Assembly: GCA_963804955.1 (NCBI GenBank)
Contig: CAWDSQ010000032.1
Location: 64,001 to 128,000, forward strand
Source of the DNA: an uncultured delta proteobacterium
Lineage (GTDB): Bacteria > Desulfobacterota > WTBG01 > CAIYCZ01 > CAIRTM01
Direction: 5' to 3'
DNA: 64,000 nt
This document shows, one piece after another, positions 45,282 through 56,354 of this stretch. Made by a program: the position numbers and the translations under genes. The notes under the pieces were generated by a model. The model had not been told where the DNA came from. It did not search any database and was given only the letters and a program-made list of their open reading frames with translations. Within the stretch, counting starts at the first letter, position 1, and every line of letters starts with the position of its first letter.

Positions 45282-45809
45282 CTACTGCGGCAAATAAGGC
45301 TTGTTGCAGCCTTCGGGCAGAATCTTTTTGATTATGTCCTCGATTTTATCGAAATCATGAACCCCCAGCAGCCTCTTTTCGATGCCGCCCTGGGTATTGA
45401 CGATAAGCGTTGTGGGCAGGGTAAAAACCCTGTTCTGCCTGGCGACCTTGATCGTGTCGATAAGGTACAGATGCCGTATCTGGTGATCTTTGATAAACTG
45501 GCTGATTTTCTGATCATCACAGCTCACATCAATGTCGATGCCGACAACGACAAGCCCTGCCTGCTCATATTTATCCCTGAGCCGGCGCACCACGGGCAGC
45601 ATCTCAACGCAGGGCTTGCAGTAAATCGAGCCGAAAATAATCAGCATGGTCCTGCCGCGGAATGACGAGGTGGAAATCTGCTGCTTGGTCGTAAAATCGT
45701 TCAGCGTGAAATCAACCAGGTCGTCTGCCTGCGCGGAAACGCCAATCGCACCGGACAGGGCAAGGCATGCCAGGGAACACCAAATAAACAGAGGCCGTGA
45801 TCTTTTCAT
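45282..45809 (-). CDS. TlpA-like exported thioredoxin
   Basis: Signal peptide; GSIYCKPC, LPTTLIVN. Confidence 0.85.
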   Translation of the reverse strand: MKRSRPLFIWCSLACLALSGAIGVSAQADDLVDFTLNDFTTKQQISTSSFRGRTMLIIFGSIYCKPCVEMLPVVRRLRDKYEQAGLVVVGIDIDVSCDDQKISQFIKDHQIRHLYLIDTIKVARQNRVFTLPTTLIVNTQGGIEKRLLGVHDFDKIEDIIKKILPEGCNKPYLPQ

Positions 45810-45834
45810 AGAGCTCTTTCTCGAAAACAACTTT

Positions 45835-47520
45835 TTATTTGCAGATATTCGGCACCATCCCGTGATTGCTGCACATGATGGTGTTGTCTAAAAATAAATA
45901 TGTTCCGTCAAGCGGGCATGTGGCTTTTAATTCTTTTGCGGTGCTCTGCAGAAAGGCGTCGTCCACTGCAAGATCCGGCTGCTTGTGTTTCATGTCGGAA
46001 AGCTTCGCCCTGACCGTGCACATATTATTCACGCACTGCTCCTTCCAGTGCTCATAGCGGAACTTATAGGTCTTCAGCTCACCGAACACCTTTTTGCCGG
46101 CATTCAGCGACTCGTAGAGAAGACTGGAAGACATGGTTGCCGTGGTAATCGCATCGGCTTTCGGGTCGAAGGGAAAATCGCCAAAAATACTTTTCCCGAC
46201 AATCTGTTTTTTGATTTTTTCCACGTCTTCATCGGTCCACGGAATATTGCCCAGTTTTGTCAGTTGCAGAAAGAAAAAGTCCTGTATAACGCCATCCTGA
46301 TCCAGAACATAAAAGAAATGGCTGTCATGACAGATATCACAGAGGCTTGATTTGCTCTCAAGACGCGCAAAAAGAAACACGCCATCACGCCGGGGCTCCA
46401 GGGTGACCACATAGACGGCATTGCCGTTATCAAGCACTTCCTTTTCAACGGCTGCGGCCTTTTTACCATCTTTCTCAACATGGTTTTGTATGAGTTTGAC
46501 GATTTCTTCTTCTTTTGCCTCCGGCACAGCCTTATATTCACCTTTGCCCTGAATAATGGCCTGAGCATTGTAGAGCGTTATACCCTCGTCCTTGAAGGCG
46601 ATGCGGCCGTACTCATTAATGAAATAGACTGTCGGGCCTTCTTTGGACCTGAATTGCGCCATGGCTTTTGCATCGACGGGATCGCCGGCATAAAAGCCCT
46701 CGGCTGTCAGTACCTTCGGCAGGGTAAAGCCCTTATACTGCACGATAAGAACCGGAATGTCGGGAAACTGCTTTTTCATATCCATAAGAATTTTTATCTG
46801 GTTTTTCCGGTTGCGCGTATCGTTTGCAACAGGGTAGCGCTTGTCGGAAGGGAAATAGAGCAGAAACTTTTTCCCCTGCAGCTTCTTGTCGTCAATAATG
46901 CCCTGGGCTGTCTTGATCGCAAATGCCGGCACCCTGTTGCCGGGTGTTGTTCCGGCAAAAGACCCGCGCAGGGCGAACCTGACGGTGTTGAGATAGCGGT
47001 CCTTGGAGGTAACCCCGCCTGCGTGATAGTCGATTATAAAGCGCTGGTCCTCTTTGCGGAGAATATAGGTATGCGGCGTTCCCTGCACATTGCCCGTCAT
47101 ATTGAAAATATCTTTTTTCCTGTCGGAAAAAATGGGGTACAGCGCGCCGAAATTTTTCTTGAAATCCCGTATTTCCTCAGGGCTGTTGCCCACGGCAATG
47201 CCCAGCATGCAGACACGGCTGCTCAGCTCGGGGTCTTTCTGAATGGTCGTGAACAGGTCATTGAAAATTTCGACCTGCAGGCGGCAGGTATGGCAGTACA
47301 CATTAAGAAACTCAATGATGATGATATCGTGAGACAGCTCACTTAATGAAAACTCCCTGTCCGCTGGAATGCGCAGGTACGAGCACTCCTGCGGGGTCAG
47401 AATATTTTCCCGGGAAAACGGGGGAAAGGGATCTCCCACATTGATTGCAGAGGCGCGTTCAACACCTGCGCACAATGACGCCAGACACAGAATGACATAC
47501 AAAAACATGGTTCTTTTCAT
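45835..47520 (-). CDS. Exported multidomain redox protein: redoxin (CHTC), second Trx-like domain, CDICH, FMN-binding-like motif, Cys-rich tail
   Basis: EFLNVYCHTC, GTPHT; LCDICHD; LTKLGN; DAITTATMSS; CPLDGTY...CSNHG. Confidence 0.7.
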   Translation of the reverse strand: MKRTMFLYVILCLASLCAGVERASAINVGDPFPPFSRENILTPQECSYLRIPADREFSLSELSHDIIIIEFLNVYCHTCRLQVEIFNDLFTTIQKDPELSSRVCMLGIAVGNSPEEIRDFKKNFGALYPIFSDRKKDIFNMTGNVQGTPHTYILRKEDQRFIIDYHAGGVTSKDRYLNTVRFALRGSFAGTTPGNRVPAFAIKTAQGIIDDKKLQGKKFLLYFPSDKRYPVANDTRNRKNQIKILMDMKKQFPDIPVLIVQYKGFTLPKVLTAEGFYAGDPVDAKAMAQFRSKEGPTVYFINEYGRIAFKDEGITLYNAQAIIQGKGEYKAVPEAKEEEIVKLIQNHVEKDGKKAAAVEKEVLDNGNAVYVVTLEPRRDGVFLFARLESKSSLCDICHDSHFFYVLDQDGVIQDFFFLQLTKLGNIPWTDEDVEKIKKQIVGKSIFGDFPFDPKADAITTATMSSSLLYESLNAGKKVFGELKTYKFRYEHWKEQCVNNMCTVRAKLSDMKHKQPDLAVDDAFLQSTAKELKATCPLDGTYLFLDNTIMCSNHGMVPNICK

Positions 47521-47693
47521 TGCCCCATCCTCCCCCTGTTTAGTAATAGTTTTACTCTATTTAATAACAGATATACTATGACCCTGCAAGAACAACAACC
47601 ATCTAAATACGGCCCGAATTGCCGGCGGATACCCGGCCCCGGGTTTTTCTTTTACCTTGACCTCTCCGTGGACATTATTTTACTATATAATTA

Positions 47694-47906
47694 ATGGAAA
47701 AAGCGAAAAAGCCTCAATGCCCGGACTGCTCCTTCTGCCAATTCTGCTCGGAAACCCGCTGCCGGGCCTGCCGCGGACATGGCGCCGGGCCGCGTAAGCT
47801 GAGCATGAAAGAACAGATTGCCATTCACGAATTGCTTAACAGGGCTGCCGGCGCGCCTGATCAACCCATATTTTATGTACCAAAAAAACGAAAGGAACCG
47901 TCATGA
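47694..47906 (+). CDS. Small Cys-rich protein
   Basis: CPDCSFCQFCSETRCRACR...RKLSMKEQI; overlaps next gene start (ATGA). Confidence 0.65.
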   Translation: MEKAKKPQCPDCSFCQFCSETRCRACRGHGAGPRKLSMKEQIAIHELLNRAAGAPDQPIFYVPKKRKEPS

Positions 47907-49026
47907 TAAACCGATCCGCAAGCCTTGCCGTTCTTGTGTGCCTGCTCATATGCATACCCGCATATGCAGAGCGGCAAAAAATTATAGCTGTCGGCGACAT
48001 TTTCCCGGCTGTAACAACAGACTATGCTTTCCCGGCGGAACAGCTTGCCTATTTTGGCATTGACCGCGGGCTGCTTTCCCTGTTCACGAAAAACAGCTTC
48101 TCCATAGCCGACATAAACGCCGAAATTATTTTCGTCGAGTTTTTCAATAATTACTGCAGCTCCTGTCAGGCGCAGGCCCCTGTTCATGAATGATGTCTAC
48201 AAAGCCGTTCAAAAAGACCCGGTGCTTCGCAGCAAGGTGCGCTTCATCGGCATCGGAGCCGGCAATAATGAACGTGAGGTGGCCCAGTTCAAGGAGCGGC
48301 ACGAGGTGCCCTTCCCCCTGATTCCGGACCAGCGGTTTTCCTTCTATGATGCCATTGGAGAGCCGGGAGGCACGCCGTTCATGCTGATTCTCAAAAAGCG
48401 CGCTCATGAGGCTGTGGTCGTGGGCACGCATAAGGGGCTGACTCAAAATGCATCGTTTTTTATCAAAAGCCTCACAACAGCCGTTGAACAGGACATCAGC
48501 ACACTCACCAAACGCGTCACGGAACAGGATATACCCCGTGACGATACGCGTCAGCTGGCTCTGAATTTGACGCCGAAGCAAACCCTTGACGCTGTATCAA
48601 AAAGCATGGCTGATGCCTGCCCCGACTGCGGGCCAGCATCAGACATCAAACAGATACACAACATCCTCCGGCGAAAGCCTCTATACCGCGACCGTCGATG
48701 CCGCAGGCAAGCCCCTGACCCTGTACAGCAGCCTGCGCAGCGAGCAGCCTGTCTGCGATGTATGCCACGGCATTCATTTTATCATCACCTTTGATGGAAG
48801 CGGCATCATACGCGACTTTACGCCGCTGCATATAACAAAATACGGCAATGTCGACTGGAATGAATACGACATTGAAAATATGCGCAAGCAGCTTATGGGC
48901 AAAAAGCTCAAAAAAGAACTGATTTTTGATCCTGCCATGGACGCCATATCAACTGCCACCATGAGCTCGGCCCTTATTTATAAGGGTGTCAATGAGCTGC
49001 GGGCGGTGTATAAGGAGCTCAACTAG
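47903..49026 (+). CDS. Exported redoxin with CDVCH and FMN-binding-like motif; paralogue of 45835-47520; frameshifted
   Basis: EFFNNYCSSC, GGTPF; VCDVCHG; ITKYGN; DAISTATMSS. Confidence 0.7.
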
Positions 49027-49069
49027 GAGAGGCGTCGGCGCATGAACATCAATGAAGCGAGGTGCGGCT

Positions 49070-50773
49070 ATGGGCATTGATATCACGATTCAAATCGGCG
49101 GCGAGGCAGGCCAGGGCATACAGACCGTCGGCCAGCTGCTTGCGGCTGTCTGCCGGGAGGCCGGCCTGTATGTTTTCGGCATCAACGATTTCGAGTCGCG
49201 CATCCGGGGAGGCCACAGCTTTTATCAGCTGCGCATTGCCGACCATCAGGTTCGCGCTCCGCACCACCGGGTCAGCCTCCTGATCGCCATGGACGACGCC
49301 ACGCTGCGGATCCACCGCGACCAGCTGCTGCCCGGCGGCCTGTGCCTGCTCAACTCAGAAAACACCGTGGCCGAGGGGCCGGTTCGGCCCATTGCATTTC
49401 TTAAGCTTGCCCGTGATGCAGGCGGGGACATACTGGCCAATACCGTGGCAACGGCCGCCGCTCTTGCCCTGCTTGGCGCGCCCGGCGAGCTTCTTGAAAA
49501 AGTCCTGCACACGCAATTTGCCGGCAAAAGCAGCAAGGTCCTTGAGAATAATCTCACAGCCGCCCGCCTGGGCTGCACCGCGGTTAAGGGCATAGAGTTT
49601 AGCTGCATCAGCGCATGGCCTGCCTGCGACAAACACCGCATGATCATGGAAGGCACTGCAGCGCTGTCGCTCGGGGCGCTTGCCGGCGATTGCCGCTTTG
49701 CGAGCCTTTTACCCCATGTCGCCTGCCACGGGCATCATGATGAATCTTGCAGCCTGGCAGGACCGCTTCCCCCTTGTCGTGGAGCAGGCGGAAGACGAAA
49801 TTGCCGCCGCAAACATGATTATCGGGGCATCATATGCAGGCGTCCGTGCGCTTACCGCAACCTCCGGCGGCGGCTTCTGCCTCATGACCGAAGCGGTCGG
49901 GCTTGCCGGCATCTCGGAAACCCCCATCGTCGTTATAAATGCGCAGCGGCCCGGCCCGGCAACAGGCCTTGCAACCCGCACGGCCCAGGCTGATCTGCGA
50001 CAGGTCATGCATGCCGGGCAGGATGAATTTCCCCGCTTTGTCTTTGCGCCAGGCTCTCCCGAGCAGGCCTACGAAACCACAGCCCGTGCCTTTGACCTTG
50101 CTGACACCTATCAGGTGCCGGCTCTTATCCTTGTTGACCAGTATTTCAATGATTCGCTCTACACGCTTGAGGATGACCTTCAGGCGCCTGAAACGGTCAG
50201 ACAGCCACACCATTGACGATGCCTCTCAGAAAAATCCGGCAGACTATCAGCGCTACGCCCTGACCGATTCGGGCATATCGCCCCGCGCTGTTCCCTGCGC
50301 CGGCGAAACTCTTGTCATGGTCTGCGGCAATGAGCACAAGCCCGACGGGCACTCAACCGAGAATGCCGGGCTGCGCACTGCCATGGTCGACAAGCGGGCG
50401 CGAAAGCTGCACGGCATGGCTAGCTGACATGCGGCCGCCGACTGTTGCTTACCCGGCTGCAAAAATCCGCCTCATCTGCTGGGGCTCAACGCTGGGAGTT
50501 GTTGCCGAGGCAGTTGAGCTGCTGCGCGCAGGCGGCACCGATGCCGGTTATGCGCACTTCTGCGATATCTGGCCTTTTCCCCGCACGGCAGCCGAAGCAG
50601 CCCTTGCCGGCGCAGAGCGCCTGATTTGCGTTGAACAGAACAGCACTGCCCAGTTTGCCGGCCTCCTGCGGCAGGAAACCGGCATTGTCGTCACGCAGGC
50701 AGTTCTTAAATACGACGGCAGGCCCCTGTATCCGGTTGAAATCGTCAATGCCGTCATGAAAGAAGGGAGGTAG
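49070..50773 (+). CDS. korA: 2-oxoacid:ferredoxin oxidoreductase alpha (gamma-alpha fusion), frameshifted
   Basis: IGGEAGQGI, SRIRGGHS, YPMSPAT, QAEDEIAA, TATSGGGF, QRPGPATG, WGST, KYDGRP. Confidence 0.9.
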
Positions 50774-50776
50774 GAC

Positions 50777-51632
50777 ATGGCATGCCCGAAGGATTTCGAC
50801 AATAGCGTTGAAAACAAATGGTGCCCCGGCTGCGGCAACCACCCGATCTTAAAATCCATGAAAGACGCCCTTGCGCAGCTCGGGCTCGAGCCCCGCGATG
50901 TGCTCATAGTATCGGGCATCGGCCAGGCTGCAAAAACGCCCCATTACCTGAACTGCAATTTTTTCCACGGCCTGCACGGCCGGGCCCTGCCGGTTGCTAC
51001 CGGAGCAAAGGCGGCAAACCACAGCCTCACGATTCTTGTCAATTCCGGCGACGGCGACTGCTATGGCGAGGGCGGCAACCATTTCATGAATGCCATACGC
51101 CGCAACCTGGATATTACGCTGCTGGTGCATGACAATAAAGTCTACGGCCTCACCAAGGGGCAGGCATCGCCCACATCCGATCTGCACATGATTACCCGTG
51201 CCCAGCCCCACGGCGTCATACTCGAGCCGTTCAATCCCCTGGCCGTGGCGCTGGCTCTCAAGGCAGGCTTTGTGGCCCGGGGCTATGCCGGCAATACGGA
51301 GCATGTTAAGCATGCTCATTCAGGAAGGAGTGCGGCACAAGGGGTTCAGCCTTATTGATATTCTGCAGCCCTGCGTATCGTTCAACCATGTGAACACCTA
51401 CCAGTGGTATGCGGAGCGCGTGTATGATCTGGCAAAGGAGGGCCATGACAGCTCCGACTTTATGGCCGCCATGGTAAAAGCCCGCCAGTGGGGCGATAAA
51501 ATTCCTGTGGGCATACTGTACCGGGAAGAAAGCCCGTCATTCACCGACCGCATCGACGGGCTCAAAGACGGGCCCCTTACGGGCCGGACATACGATCCGG
51601 CGCGGCTGCAAAAACTGCTGGCTGAATTTTAG
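50777..51632 (+). CDS. korB: 2-oxoacid:ferredoxin oxidoreductase beta, frameshifted
   Basis: [37 protein letters not shown]. Confidence 0.92.
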
Positions 51633-51803
51633 AGCATTTTTCTAAATACTGTAGCCGAATTTTCATTTCGGGCGCAGCGAGTCCGAAGGTTGCGCAACCG
51701 CATCAATCTTTAAAGATCTCTCCCTTCGGAGGCTGTGTTGAGCGAAGTCGTCTCGGTCGAGATGACAGAATGGATACGGTTATAGAAAAAGAAAAATGCT
51801 CTA
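51630..51803. mobile_element. MITE-like element with 13-bp terminal inverted repeats
   Basis: TAGAGCATTTTTC (51630) and GAAAAATGCTCTA (51791-51803); internal REP-like segment related to 35702-35771. Confidence 0.6.
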
Positions 51804-51808
51804 AAAAC

Positions 51809-51836
51809 AAAGGCGCGCTCACTAGCGCGCCTTTCT
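51809..51836. terminator. Bidirectional terminator-like hairpin
   Basis: AAAGGCGCGCT-cact-AGCGCGCCTTT between convergent korB and batE. Confidence 0.6.
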
Positions 51837-51863
51837 GCTGAGGAAATATTTTTCCAGCTCGCC

Positions 51864-52631
51864 TTATGTTCCGTTCACGATGCCGATGGATGATTTCTGG
51901 ACCCAGCCCTTCTTGCCGTCGCACAGGGTGATTTTGAGCCACTCATTTTCTTCGCCGGTAACAGCCAGCTCCGCTCCTTCATGCAGCTTGAACAGAACGG
52001 TATCGCTCAGGCTGCTGCCCGACCTGACCATGACCTCCCCTGCCAGCACCACGCCGGTGCGGCTGTATGCCGCGCTGTACAGTTTCACCCCAAGGCTCGC
52101 GCCCAGCAGCAGGGCAAGAAATAAAAACACATACAGGCCGATGTTCAGCAGATCGGCGCGCAGAAAAAGCCGCACAATGAACAGGAGCCAGAAAACGGCA
52201 TTGACGGCGAGAAACACAAAGCACAGCTCCCGGCAGCTGAGCTTTGCATACCAGAAGCAGACCGTTTTCAGAAGGCTTTCGCCTTCGCCGCAGTCGATTT
52301 TATCCTGTGCCTGACCCAGCGCATACTGCAGGTTGGCTTCCAAATCCGCATCGCGGGGCATAAACAGCTCTGCCTTGCGGTAATTGAGTATGGCCCTGCC
52401 GGTGTCGCCTTTTTTCAAACAGGCATTGCCGAGATTATACAGAATTTCGCCGTTGCGCACACCTGCTGCAATCAGCTTTTCATAGCCTGCTGCCGCGCCT
52501 GCAAAATCTCCGCTTTTATAGGCCTGATTAGCCTGCAGAAACAGCGTAGATATGTCGGGCTGACCGTCATCGGCATGGACGACGGCACCAAGGCATAAGC
52601 AACATGCGATAATGCACAGCAGGCTTTTCAT
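51864..52631 (-). CDS. batE: BatE-like TPR plus SH3 protein
   Basis: YNLGNA...GRAILNYRKA..PRDADL.ANL; LFKLHEG; KKGWV. Confidence 0.8.
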   Translation of the reverse strand: MKSLLCIIACCLCLGAVVHADDGQPDISTLFLQANQAYKSGDFAGAAAGYEKLIAAGVRNGEILYNLGNACLKKGDTGRAILNYRKAELFMPRDADLEANLQYALGQAQDKIDCGEGESLLKTVCFWYAKLSCRELCFVFLAVNAVFWLLFIVRLFLRADLLNIGLYVFLFLALLLGASLGVKLYSAAYSRTGVVLAGEVMVRSGSSLSDTVLFKLHEGAELAVTGEENEWLKITLCDGKKGWVQKSSIGIVNGT

Positions 52632-54413
52632 TTTCGCAAATTCCTGTTGAGATGCTGCGCAACCTTCTGCAGTCTGTTCAACACTGCTCTCCGCTCCTGG
52701 CTGCTGCATATCCTGAACCCGAACTGGCCCGAATCAAAAAAGTCCATAATGCTCTTCAGCTCGTCGAGCATTTCGACAGACACCGAACCGCCCAGAATCC
52801 CGTCGAGGTCCTTGACCGTCAGGGCCTGTCCGGCAATATTAAGCCTGTCGCCGATGAAGTCTTTCAGGGCCTTTGAGCCGGTTTGGTAGAAGCGGTCATC
52901 AGGGCCGTCGAGCGCCTTCTGTGCTTCGGCAAAGTTCTTCGTAAAATTTTTATACGCGCTTTTCAAGCGTGCGCTGCCTGGATCGCCTGAAGAGCGGTCA
53001 TGGGCCCTCTTTATAAAAAAAACCGTAAAAAAACAGGCGGCCGGCGCAAGCGCAAGCAGCAGCATCAAGGCCCGAGGACGGATACAGCAGCTCTGCGCTC
53101 AGCGCCTCATGCGTCGTGTGAACAGGCAGAATATCCTTCCCCAGCAGCTGTACCTCCTGCTTATTTGAAGAAGCCTGACCGGCTGCCTGGACCAGATCAA
53201 TTTTTTCCTTGTCCGCAGCCGGGCTTACCTGCACAACTATAGGAAGGCCCGGTTGCCGTTTTGTAGCTGCCGGCTGCCGGGTCAAAAAACGATATGCTTA
53301 TCTGCAGGAACAGTGAGCTCTCCGTGCAACCAGGGGCACAAGAGCTTTTTTTATCACCAGCTTTCCGCCGATTTTACCGTTTACCAGAGACGGTTCAAAA
53401 ACAGGCTTATCGTCATAGACCTTGAAATTCTGCAGCAGCCCCATATCTATAGTCTGAAGATTTTTCAGGTTGCCCGAGCCCGATATGCTCAGCGTCAGGG
53501 TCAGGGATTCGCCGGCCAGCACCCTGGTTTTGTTCAGCTGTGAGGTAACCGTGAAATAACCGACAAGATTTTTAAAATCAGCAGGTCTGCCTTCTGCAGG
53601 AAGGGGTTTCACCGTGACCGTAAGGGGGTTGGTTCTGAAGGATTTAGGAACGGTTTCGGTGAATCCGAAAAAGGAGTCATCAAAAAAAGGATCGCCGCCG
53701 CGGCGGGAGCGCTTCTGCGATACAACGGCAGCCTGCAGGGTCGAGGGAGTTATCTCAAACATGCCGGTTTTTACGGGAAAAAGGGCCTGACGGATTTCAG
53801 TAACCGCATACTGCTGCCCATTTATAACCTTCTGATACTCCCTTTCTTTGCCGAGATTCTCGACAAGAAATCCGTCAAATGAAGGCTGGTCGGTCAGGCT
53901 TGCGCTGGCAATCTTCACCCGGCGGCAGAACTGAAGCGTATAGATAATCTGCTCATTCAGGTACGGGTTTTCATTATCGACCGAGGCGGCAACAAAAACT
54001 TCGTCACTCTGTCTGGCTTGCGGGTCTGATTGTGCAATAGTAATGGTCAGGGGGCTGCTCTGAGCCTGTTTCCCGTCTACATCGAGCATAAAGGGGCCAA
54101 TGGTAAAGGAGCCGGTTTTTTGAGGATAGAGTATATAGTTATATTCGAGCCGGGATGTCATTCTGCCGTTGATGATGCTTACCTGGCTGGAGGTCCCGCG
54201 GGACTGAAATTTAAAAGCGCTCAGATCGGGCATCATCGGCTCTTCGCGCGTTCCCGAAACCGTTACTTTCAGGACAATATAATCATCAAGTGACGCATGG
54301 CTTTTATCAACGGAGGCGCTGATGCTTACCTCGGCCGCGCTTCCTGCCGAAACGAAAAACCCGGGGGTCAGCAGACAGATACAAACAAGCGCCCATCGCG
54401 TCATAGCCTTCAT
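52628..54413 (-). CDS. batD: BatD family protein, frameshifted
   Basis: SSQVSIING, YLNEQIIYT, VKPLP.EGRP, SGSGNL; context between batC and batE. Confidence 0.85.
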
Positions 54414-54428
54414 GGCAGCCCCCGCATC

Positions 54429-55320
54429 CTACCAGTCCTTGCCGGAACGCGCACCGCCCTGCGTCCTGGCCGGCTGCTTGCCTTCTTTAAGATTATCGCG
54501 GTTTTCCCTGACGCTGTCGAGCCACTGCTGGGCCTCTTCTTTGCTCATCTCACGGATATCATCCGAAGCACCCTGCTGCCTGTCATCCTGCGGCTTCTCC
54601 CCGCCTTCTGCCGGGGACAGCTGCCGGCCTTCCTGCTTCTGCTGTTCCTGTTGCTGCTTGTCTTTGTCCTGCTGCGCCTGCTGCCCTTCCTGCTTTTCCT
54701 GCTTTTGCCCCTGCTGCTCCTTCTGCTGTCCGCCGCTCTGCGTCTGATTATCCTGCTGAGGGTTTTTGCAGGTTCTGGTCTTTTTTCTGCTCCTGTTGCT
54801 GCTGCTTCTGCTGCGTATCTTTTGCTTCGTTCATGCGCCTTTTTATCTCTTCGCGCACGAACTCGATATTTTGCTGCGCATCCTTATCAGCCGGGTCAAG
54901 TTCAAGGGCTTTTTTATAATACTCTATGGCTTCCTCAAGCTTCCCCTGCCGGTACAGGGCATTGCCGGCATTAAACAGGGCCTTTTCTTCAAGGCGGGCA
55001 TCCCGGGCAGTTGCTGCCACATCGAGATAGCCTTTCAGCGCCTCTTCATAGTTCTTCATCATGTACTTTGATGAAGCTATATTATACTTAAGCTGAGCAT
55101 CCTCGGGGTGCTCGATCTGGCCGTCGACAAAAACATTGAGAGCTTCATCGTACTTTTCCCGGGCATACAGATCAGCGCCTTTTTTCACCGTTTCGTGAAG
55201 GGTTGCAGCCTGGCAGCATACGGGCACAAGCAGCACCCATGCGCATAAGCCGATTGCGCCTTTCACACAAGGCCGGAAAACTCTGTGATAGTGATGTTTG
55301 ATGCTGGCAACCATGCTCAT
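54429..55320 (-). CDS. batC: BatC-like TPR protein with Gln-rich linker
   Basis: FNAGNALYRQGKLEEAIEYYKKALELDP.DKDAQQN; Q-rich tract; C-terminal KDW. Confidence 0.8.
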
Positions 55321-55691
55321 TGGTCGGATTGCGAAGATAAAGATGTTTCAAGAGACGAAATTATCCGCTGAGCCCGATCGAGGAACTCTTTTGGCACAAG
55401 TATCAGTCCCCAGCCTTTTTGCGGAATAAAAATACCGTCAAAGGAGGTATCGGCAAAGCTGCGCACGAGCACGGGTATGCCCTCTTTTTCCAGCGCATCC
55501 CGCATGACATCGGCTGCAAAACTGTCGTGAAGGGTCAGAACGGGCACAAACTCCTCGTCAGCCTCTCGCTCCCGGGCGCGGCAGACGGCATCCCATTCAA
55601 CCTGCCCAACAAGCGCAAAACCGCAGTCGGCGCATATGCTGATAGTATCGTGGTATTCAGTCGAGCATTTTGTGCAGTATTTCATAACCAT
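55317..55691 (-). CDS. Zinc-ribbon plus DUF2007 protein
   Basis: YCTKCSTEY...CADCG; LEKEGIPVLVRS; GWGLILVP. Confidence 0.75.
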   Translation of the reverse strand: MVMKYCTKCSTEYHDTISICADCGFALVGQVEWDAVCRAREREADEEFVPVLTLHDSFAADVMRDALEKEGIPVLVRSFADTSFDGIFIPQKGWGLILVPKEFLDRAQRIISSLETSLSSQSDQ

Positions 55692-55707
55692 CCCCCATGC
55701 GCTGAAT

Positions 55708-56181
55708 TTATTTAAAACTGATCTCAGTTATTGAATAATTTCTTAACCCGCCCGGAGTTTTAACGGCAACGCTGTCGCCCTCCTCTTTGCCGATAAGTGC
55801 GCGCGCTATAGGTGAACTGATGGAAACTTTGCCCAGCGTCACATCGGCCTCATCGACGCCGACAATCGTATAGGAGACCTCCTCTCCCTTGTCTTCATCC
55901 TGCAGCAGCACCGTGGCCCCGAACACGACCCTGTCGGATGACAGTGTGCTCGTATCAATCACCTTGGCACCTGAAAGGCGCTGTTCCATCTCGCGGATCC
56001 GGGTCTCGATAAAGGCCTTTTTTTCTTTAGCAGCCGTATATTCGGCATTCTCGGAAAGATCACCATGAGCCGCTGCAACCATGACCTCCTTGATGATATC
56101 CTGAAGGTCATAGACCGTCATGCGCCTGAGTTTTTCCTTCAGATCCTCATACCCCTGTTTGGTCATTATATTGTCGCTCAT
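55708..56181 (-). CDS. greA: Transcription elongation factor GreA
   Basis: HGDLSENAEY, VVFGATV, SISSPIARALIGK. Confidence 0.96.
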   Translation of the reverse strand: MSDNIMTKQGYEDLKEKLRRMTVYDLQDIIKEVMVAAAHGDLSENAEYTAAKEKKAFIETRIREMEQRLSGAKVIDTSTLSSDRVVFGATVLLQDEDKGEEVSYTIVGVDEADVTLGKVSISSPIARALIGKEEGDSVAVKTPGGLRNYSITEISFK

Positions 56182-56354
56182 ACCGCTTCAGCCTTTATGC
56201 ATGTCTTAAAAAACAGAAAGGATGACTGCCCGCAGCCATCCACCCGAAAAGATTCATCTAAATTCTCTAATACATCACGCATTCATCCTTGTCAACTGCA
56301 AACAAACCTGCAAGAGGACATGATAATTTAATCATTTTATGATACTCTGCCCGC

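Noticed and set aside
48170..48200. TGA shortly after the CSSC motif as possible selenocysteine
   Set aside because: The protein resumes in another frame (APV-MNDV), so it is an indel, and the TGA is not at a redox Cys position.
54560..54830. CAG/CTG-rich low-complexity tract as a tandem repeat element
   Set aside because: It encodes the Gln/Glu/Lys-rich linker typical of BatC-like proteins.
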